A stretch of 64,000 nt of DNA from Escherichia coli 042. GTDB lineage: Bacteria; Pseudomonadota; Gammaproteobacteria; Enterobacterales; Enterobacteriaceae. Shown in pieces: positions 58,822 to 64,000 of this stretch; the first letter of the stretch is position 1; every line of letters begins with the position of its first letter. The notes below the pieces were generated by a model, which saw nothing but the letters and a program-made list of their open reading frames with translations, did no database searches and was not told where the DNA came from. Position numbers and translations under genes: made by a program. The DNA is taken from the NCBI RefSeq assembly GCF_000027125.1, contig NC_017626.1. One strand, given 5' to 3'.

Positions 58822-59261
58822 ACTTTGCCCTCAGACTGGCGCGTGAGATGGGGAGACCCGACTGGCGCGCCATGCTTGCCGGGATGACATCCACCGAATA
58901 TGCCGACTGGCACCGTTTTTACCGCACGCATTATTTTCAGGATACCCAGCTGGATATGCATTTTTCCGGGCTGACGTACGCTGTACTCAGCCTGTTTTTT
59001 TGCGATCCGGATATGCATCCCTCTGATTTCAGTCTGCTTGTCCCCCGGCATGAGGAAGAGCAGGTGGAGAGGCCGGATGAGGACAAAATGCTGATGCAGA
59101 AAGCGGCAGGACTTGCCGGAGGCGTCCGGTTCGGTGGGGACGGAGGGCGCGATATTTTATCGTCTGCGGATGTGGCGGATGTCATGGTGGATGATGCCGC
59201 ATTAATGATGGCTTCAGCGGGGATTCCGGGAGGTGTGAGATATGTCCCAGCCGGTTGGTGA
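58803..59261 (+). CDS. T: T segment of tail assembly chaperone GT (expressed via -1 frameshift from G)
   Basis: ORF 58848..59261 is open in the -1 frame back to the slip site; lambda gpT-like position. Confidence 0.7.
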   Translation, partial: VFDGELNFALRLAREMGRPDWRAMLAGMTSTEYADWHRFYRTHYFQDTQLDMHFSGLTYAVLSLFFCDPDMHPSDFSLLVPRHEEEQVERPDEDKMLMQKAAGLAGGVRFGGDGGRDILSSADVADVMVDDAALMMASAGIPGGVRYVPAGW

Positions 59262-61812
59262 TCTTGTTATTGACCTTAGTCTGGATGCTGTCCGTTTCGA
59301 TGAGCAGATGAGCCGGGTAAGGCGTCATTTTTCAGGTCTGGATACCGACGCCAGAAAAACCGCCAGTGCTGTTGAACAGGGCCTGAGCCGCCAGGCGCTG
59401 GTTGCACAAAAAGCCGGGATTTCCGTCGGGCAGTATAAAGCGGCCATGCGAACCCTGCCCGCACAGTTTACGGATATCGCCACGCAGCTTGCCGGTGGTC
59501 AGAATCCCTGGTTGATCCTGCTGCAACAGGGCGGTCAGGTGAAGGACTCCTTCGGCGGGATGATCCCCATGTTCAGGGGGCTTGCCGGTGCGATCACCCT
59601 GCCGATGGTCGGGGTCACCTCGCTGGCGGTGGCGACAGGTGCGCTGGCGTACGCCTGGTACCAGGGCGACGCCACGCTTTCAGAATTTAATAAAACGCTG
59701 GTCCTTTCCGGCAATCAGGCCGGACTGACTGCCGATCGTATGCTGACGCTCTCAAGAGCCGGGCAGGCAGCAGGGCTGACGTTTAACCAGGCGAGAGAGT
59801 CACTGGCAGCCCTGGTGAATGCCGGTGTGCGTGGTGGTGAACAGTTTGATGCCATCAACCAGAGTGTCGCGCGTTTTGCGTCTGCATCCGGAGTGGAGGT
59901 AGATAAAGTCGCTGAAGCCTTCGGGAAGCTGACCACTGACCCGACGTCGGGACTGATGGCGATGGCGCGCCAGTTCCGTAACGTGACGGCAGAGCAGATT
60001 GCGTATGTTGCACAACTGCAGCGTTCCGGAGACGAGGCCGGGGCCTTACAGGCGGCGAACGATATCGCCACGAAAGGCTTTGATGAGCAGACCCGTCGCC
60101 TGAAAGAAAACATGGGAACACTGGAGACCTGGGCGGATAAAACAGGGAAGGCATTCAAATCGATGTGGGATGCCATTCTGGATATCGGTCGTCCGGAATT
60201 CTCAGCGGATATGCTCGCCAGTGCACAGAAGGCATTTGATGAGGCGGATAAAAAATGGCAGTGGTACCAGAGTCGGAGCCAGCGCCGCGGTAAAACCTCC
60301 TCTTTCCGGGCCAACCTTCAGGGCGCATGGGATGACCGGGAAAATGCCCGTCTGGGTCTGGCAGCGGCAACGCTGCAGTCGGATATGGAAAAAGCCGGTG
60401 AACTGGCGGCAAGGGACAGGGCTGAGCGTGAGTCGTCACAGCTGAAGTATACCGGAGAGGCGCAGAAGGCGTATGAGCGCCTGCTGACGCCACTGGAGAA
60501 ATATACCGCCCGGCAGGAAGAGCTGAATAAGGCCCTGAAAGACGGGAAAATCCTGCAGGCGGATTACAACACGCTGATGGCGTCGGCAAAAAAGGATTAT
60601 GAGTCGACGCAGAAAAAGCCGTCCGGTGTGAAGGTGTCTGCCGGTGAGCGCCAGGAAGACCAGGCGCATGCAGCCCTGCTGGCGCTTGAAACTGAGCTCA
60701 GGACGCTGGAGAAGCACAGCGGTGCGAATGAAAAAATCAGCCAGCAGCGCCGTGATTTATGGAAAGCGGAAAATCAGTATGTGGTCCTGAAAGAGGCCGC
60801 CACGAAACGGCAGTTATCTGAGCAGGAAAAATCCCTGCTGGCTCATGAGAAAGAGACGCTGGAGTACAAACGCCAGCTGGCTGAGCTGGGCGACAAGATT
60901 GAACACCAGAAGCGGCTGAATGAGCTGGCACAGCAGGCGGCGCGGTTTGAACAGCAGCAAAGCGCGAAGCAGGCGGCAATCAGCGCAAAAGCCCGCGGCC
61001 TCACCGACCGTCAGGCGCAGCGGGAGTCGGAAGAGCAGCGCCTTCGTGAGGTGTACGGTGATAATCCGGCTGCGCTGGCGAAGGCCACATCGGCACTGAA
61101 GAACACCTGGTCTGCGGAGGAGCAGCTTCGTGGAAGCTGGATGGCCGGGATGAAGTCCGGCTGGGGCGAGTGGGCGGAAAGTGCGACGGACAGTTTTTCG
61201 CAGGTTAAAAACGCGGCCACGCAGACCTTTGATGGTATTGCACAGAATATGGCGGCGATGCTGACCGGCAGTGAACAGAACTGGCGCAGCTTCACCCGTT
61301 CCGTGCTGTCCATGATGACAGAAATTCTGCTTAAGCAGGCAATGGTGGGGATTGTCGGGAGTATCGGCAGCGCTATTGGCGGGGCTGTTGGTGGCGGCGC
61401 ATCCGCGTCAGGCGGTACAGCCATTCAGGCCGCTGCGGCGAAATTCCATTTTGCAACCGGAGGATTTACGGGAACCGGCGGCAAATATGAGCCAGCGGGG
61501 ATTGTTCATCGTGGTGAATTTGTCTTCACGAAGGAGGCAACCAGCCGGATTGGTGTCGGCAACCTGTACCGCCTGATGCGGGGCTATGCGGAAGGTGGTT
61601 ATGTGGGCGGTGCCGGAAGTCCGGCGCAGATGCGGCGGGCTGAAGGCATTAATTTTAATCAGAACAATCACGTGGTGATTCAGAACGACGGTACGAATGG
61701 TCTGCCAGGTCCACAGATGATGAAGGCAGTGTATGACATGGCCCGCAAGGGTGCCCGTGATGAAATTCAGGCACAGATGCGCGATGGTGGTCTGTTCTCC
61801 GGAGGTGGATGA
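59242..61812 (+). CDS. H: tail tape measure protein H (856 aa)
   Basis: lambda gpH-like over full length (MSQPVGDLVIDLSLDAVRFDEQM...). Confidence 0.92.
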   Translation: MSQPVGDLVIDLSLDAVRFDEQMSRVRRHFSGLDTDARKTASAVEQGLSRQALVAQKAGISVGQYKAAMRTLPAQFTDIATQLAGGQNPWLILLQQGGQVKDSFGGMIPMFRGLAGAITLPMVGVTSLAVATGALAYAWYQGDATLSEFNKTLVLSGNQAGLTADRMLTLSRAGQAAGLTFNQARESLAALVNAGVRGGEQFDAINQSVARFASASGVEVDKVAEAFGKLTTDPTSGLMAMARQFRNVTAEQIAYVAQLQRSGDEAGALQAANDIATKGFDEQTRRLKENMGTLETWADKTGKAFKSMWDAILDIGRPEFSADMLASAQKAFDEADKKWQWYQSRSQRRGKTSSFRANLQGAWDDRENARLGLAAATLQSDMEKAGELAARDRAERESSQLKYTGEAQKAYERLLTPLEKYTARQEELNKALKDGKILQADYNTLMASAKKDYESTQKKPSGVKVSAGERQEDQAHAALLALETELRTLEKHSGANEKISQQRRDLWKAENQYVVLKEAATKRQLSEQEKSLLAHEKETLEYKRQLAELGDKIEHQKRLNELAQQAARFEQQQSAKQAAISAKARGLTDRQAQRESEEQRLREVYGDNPAALAKATSALKNTWSAEEQLRGSWMAGMKSGWGEWAESATDSFSQVKNAATQTFDGIAQNMAAMLTGSEQNWRSFTRSVLSMMTEILLKQAMVGIVGSIGSAIGGAVGGGASASGGTAIQAAAAKFHFATGGFTGTGGKYEPAGIVHRGEFVFTKEATSRIGVGNLYRLMRGYAEGGYVGGAGSPAQMRRAEGINFNQNNHVVIQNDGTNGLPGPQMMKAVYDMARKGARDEIQAQMRDGGLFSGGG

Positions 61813-62141
61813 TGAAGACCTTCCGCTGGAAAGTGAAACCCGGTATGGATGTGGCTTCGGCCCCTTCTGTAAGAAAGGTGCGCTTTGGTGATGGCTATTC
61901 TCAGCGAGCGCCTGCCGGGCTGAATGCCAACCTGAAAACGTACAGCGTGACGCTTTCTGTCCCCCGTGAGGAGGCCACGGTACTGGAGTCGTTTCTGGAA
62001 GAGCACGGGGGCTGGAAAGCCTTTCTGTGGACGCCGCCTTATGAGTGGCGGCAGATAAAGGTGACCTGCGCAAAATGGTCGTCGCGGGTCAGTATGCTGC
62101 GTGTTGAGTTCAGCGCAGAGTTTGAACAGGTGGTGAACTGA
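61809..62141 (+). CDS. M: minor tail protein M (110 aa)
   Basis: lambda gpM-like. Confidence 0.9.
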   Translation: MMKTFRWKVKPGMDVASAPSVRKVRFGDGYSQRAPAGLNANLKTYSVTLSVPREEATVLESFLEEHGGWKAFLWTPPYEWRQIKVTCAKWSSRVSMLRVEFSAEFEQVVN

Positions 62142-62839
62142 TGCAGGATATCCGGCAGGAAACACTGAATGAATGCACCCGTGCGGAGCAGTCGGCCAGC
62201 GTGGTGCTCTGGGAAATCGACCTGACAGAGGTCGGTGGAGAACGTTATTTTTTCTGTAATGAGCAGAACGAAAAAGGTGAGCCGGTCACCTGGCAGGGGC
62301 GACAGTATCAGCCGTATCCCATTCAGGGGAGTGGTTTTGAACTGAATGGCAAAGGCACCAGTACGCGCCCCACGCTGACGGTTTCTAACCTGTACGGTAT
62401 GGTCACCGGGATGGCGGAAGATCTGCAGAGTCTGGTCGGCGGAACGGTGGTCCGGCGTAAGATTTACGCCCGTTTTCTGGATGCGGTGAACTTCGTCAAC
62501 GGAAACAGTGACGCCGATCCGGAGCAGGAGGTGATCAGCCGCTGGCGCATCGAGCAGTGCAGCGAACTGAGCGCGGTGAGTGCCTCCTTTGTACTGTCCA
62601 CGCCGACGGAAACGGATGGCGCTGTTTTTCCGGGGCGTATCATGCTGGCCAACACCTGCACCTGGACCTATCGCGGTGATGAGTGCGGTTATCACGGTCC
62701 GGCAGTCGCGGATGAATATGACCAGCCGACGTCCGATATCACGAAGGATAAATGCAGCAAATGCCTGAGCGGCTGTAAGTTTCGCAATAACGTCGGCAAC
62801 TTTGGCGGCTTCCTTTCCATTAACAAACTTTCGCAGTAA
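62141..62839 (+). CDS. L: minor tail protein L (232 aa)
   Basis: lambda gpL-like, same length. Confidence 0.9.
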   Translation: MQDIRQETLNECTRAEQSASVVLWEIDLTEVGGERYFFCNEQNEKGEPVTWQGRQYQPYPIQGSGFELNGKGTSTRPTLTVSNLYGMVTGMAEDLQSLVGGTVVRRKIYARFLDAVNFVNGNSDADPEQEVISRWRIEQCSELSAVSASFVLSTPTETDGAVFPGRIMLANTCTWTYRGDECGYHGPAVADEYDQPTSDITKDKCSKCLSGCKFRNNVGNFGGFLSINKLSQ

Positions 62840-62843
62840 TCCC

Positions 62844-63587
62844 ATGACAGAGACAGAATCAGCGATTCTGGCGCACGCCCGGCGATGTGCGCCAGCGGAG
62901 TCGTGCGGCTTCGTGGTGAGAGCGCCGGAGGGGGAAAGATATTTTCCCGGCGTGAATATTTCCGGTGAGCCGGAGGATTATTTCCGGATGGCTCCGGAGG
63001 ACTGGCTGCAGGCAGAAATGCAGGGTGAGATTGTGGCGCTGGTCCACAGCCACCCCGGTGGTCTGCCCTGGCTGAGTGAGGCTGACCGGCGGCTGCAGGT
63101 GCAGAGTGATTTGCCGTGGTGGCTGGTCTGCCGGGGGGCGATTCATAAGTTCCGCTGTGTGCCGCATCTCACCGGGCGGCGCTTTGAGCACGGGGTGACG
63201 GACTGTTACACGCTGTTCCGGGATGCTTATCATCTGGCGGGGATTGAGATGCCGAATTTTCATCGCGGGGATGACTGGTGGCGTCACGGTCAGAATCTCT
63301 ATCTTGACAATATGGAGGCTACTGGTTTTTACCGTGTCGCACTGACAGAGGCGCAGCCGGGCGATGTGCTGCTGTGCTGTTTTGGTTCATCGGTGCCGAA
63401 TCATGCCGCCATTTACTGTGGTGACGGCGAGCTGCTGCACCATATTCCTGAACAACTGAGCAAACGAGAGAGGTACACCGACAAATGGCAGCGACGCACA
63501 CACTCCCTCTGGCGTCACCGGGCATGGCACGCATCTGCCTTTACGGGGATTTGCAACGATTTGGCCGCCGCATCGACCTTCGTGTGA
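62844..63587 (+). CDS. K: tail assembly protein K (NlpC/P60 + JAB/MPN-like), 247 aa
   Basis: MTETESAILAHARRCAPAESCGFVV... lambda gpK-like; internal ATG of listed ORF. Confidence 0.85.
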   Translation: MTETESAILAHARRCAPAESCGFVVRAPEGERYFPGVNISGEPEDYFRMAPEDWLQAEMQGEIVALVHSHPGGLPWLSEADRRLQVQSDLPWWLVCRGAIHKFRCVPHLTGRRFEHGVTDCYTLFRDAYHLAGIEMPNFHRGDDWWRHGQNLYLDNMEATGFYRVALTEAQPGDVLLCCFGSSVPNHAAIYCGDGELLHHIPEQLSKRERYTDKWQRRTHSLWRHRAWHASAFTGICNDLAAASTFV

Positions 63588-64000
63588 AAACGGGGGCTGA
63601 AGCCATCCGGGCACTGGCCACACAGCTCCCGGCGTTTCGTCAGAAACTGAGCGATGGCTGGTATCAGGTACGGATTGCCGGGCGGGATGCAGGAGAAACC
63701 GAATTATCATCCCGTCTTAATGAGCCGCTGGCAAATGGTGCCGTGATCCACATCGTACCGCGTCTGGCGGGTGCCAAAAGTGGTGGTGTTTTTCAGGCAG
63801 TGCTGGGTGCGGCGCTGATTGCTACGGCAATCTGGATGCCAGGAATCAGTATCGCTTTCAGTAACATTCTCTTTTCTATGGGGGCAGCGATGACGCTTGG
63901 TGGTGTCGCACAGATGCTGGCCCCTAAACCCAAAACTCCACGTACACAGACAACGGATAACGGCAAACAGAACACCTATTTCTCCTCACTGGATAACATG
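63485..64000 (+). CDS. I: tail assembly protein I, 3'-truncated by window edge
   Basis: manual translation MAATHTLPLASPGMARICLYGDLQRFGRRIDLRVKTGAEAIRALATQLPAFRQKLSDGWYQVRIAGRD... lambda gpI-like; open to window end. Confidence 0.85.
   Translation, partial: MAATHTLPLASPGMARICLYGDLQRFGRRIDLRVKTGAEAIRALATQLPAFRQKLSDGWYQVRIAGRDAGETELSSRLNEPLANGAVIHIVPRLAGAKSGGVFQAVLGAALIATAIWMPGISIAFSNILFSMGAAMTLGGVAQMLAPKPKTPRTQTTDNGKQNTYFSSLDNM

Larger units (their letters stand above)
20779..64000. mobile_element. lambdoid prophage (left end at the ompW 3' flank; right end beyond window)
   Basis: contiguous int, xis, repressor/cro, O/P, Q, lysis, cos, terminase, head and tail genes in lambda order. Confidence 0.92.

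Noticed and set aside
57717-59051. 444-aa ORF on the minus strand across the V/G/T tail genes
   Set aside because: Antisense to well-supported lambda-like tail genes; Arg/Cys-rich shadow ORF in GC-rich DNA.
59715-60314. 199-aa minus-strand ORF inside the tape measure gene H, and similar antisense ORFs 60155..60589 and 61408..62073
   Set aside because: Antisense to the full-length lambda-like H gene; Ser/Ala/Arg-rich composition typical of spurious frames.
62039-62845. 268-aa minus-strand ORF overlapping tail gene L
   Set aside because: Antisense to a full-length lambda L homologue; no independent support.

Overview
Enterobacterial (E. coli-type) chromosome with a lambdoid prophage inserted directly downstream of ompW. 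Positions 1-20778 are an ordinary, well-known core block: galU (3' part), hns, tdk, adhE, ychE, oppABCDF, yciU, cls, kch, yciI, tonB, yciA, yciB, yciC, ompW. From 20779 to the window end (prophage right end not reached) the sequence is a mosaic lambdoid prophage: int/xis, a leftward early operon (large DEDDh-exonuclease protein, Rha), a Rac-like immunity region (RacR-like repressor, YdaS/YdaT-like), an O/P-type replication module with iterons inside the initiator gene, a nin-like block of small ORFs ending in a hok-type toxin, DUF968, rusA, Q, a lambda-like PR', an orphan DNA methyltransferase, three phage tRNAs (CAU, UCG, UCU), a NanS-p-like esterase, a pinholin/SAR-endolysin/Rz-Rz1 lysis cassette, a lambda-like cos site, and lambda-like head and tail genes (Nu1 through I). 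The best candidate for an undescribed system is a low-GC two-gene cassette (35823-37557: 216-aa unknown protein plus fused XRE-HTH/ImmA-IrrE-type metallopeptidase) with its own promoter, bracketed by two identical terminators. Other points worth a second look: an ~870-bp structured ORF-free region upstream of rha, a stx-less tRNA-to-nanS-p locus carrying two tandem structured elements, and an ORF between holin and endolysin split at an A7 tract. All family assignments are by eye and from recalled reference sequences; no database search was run.
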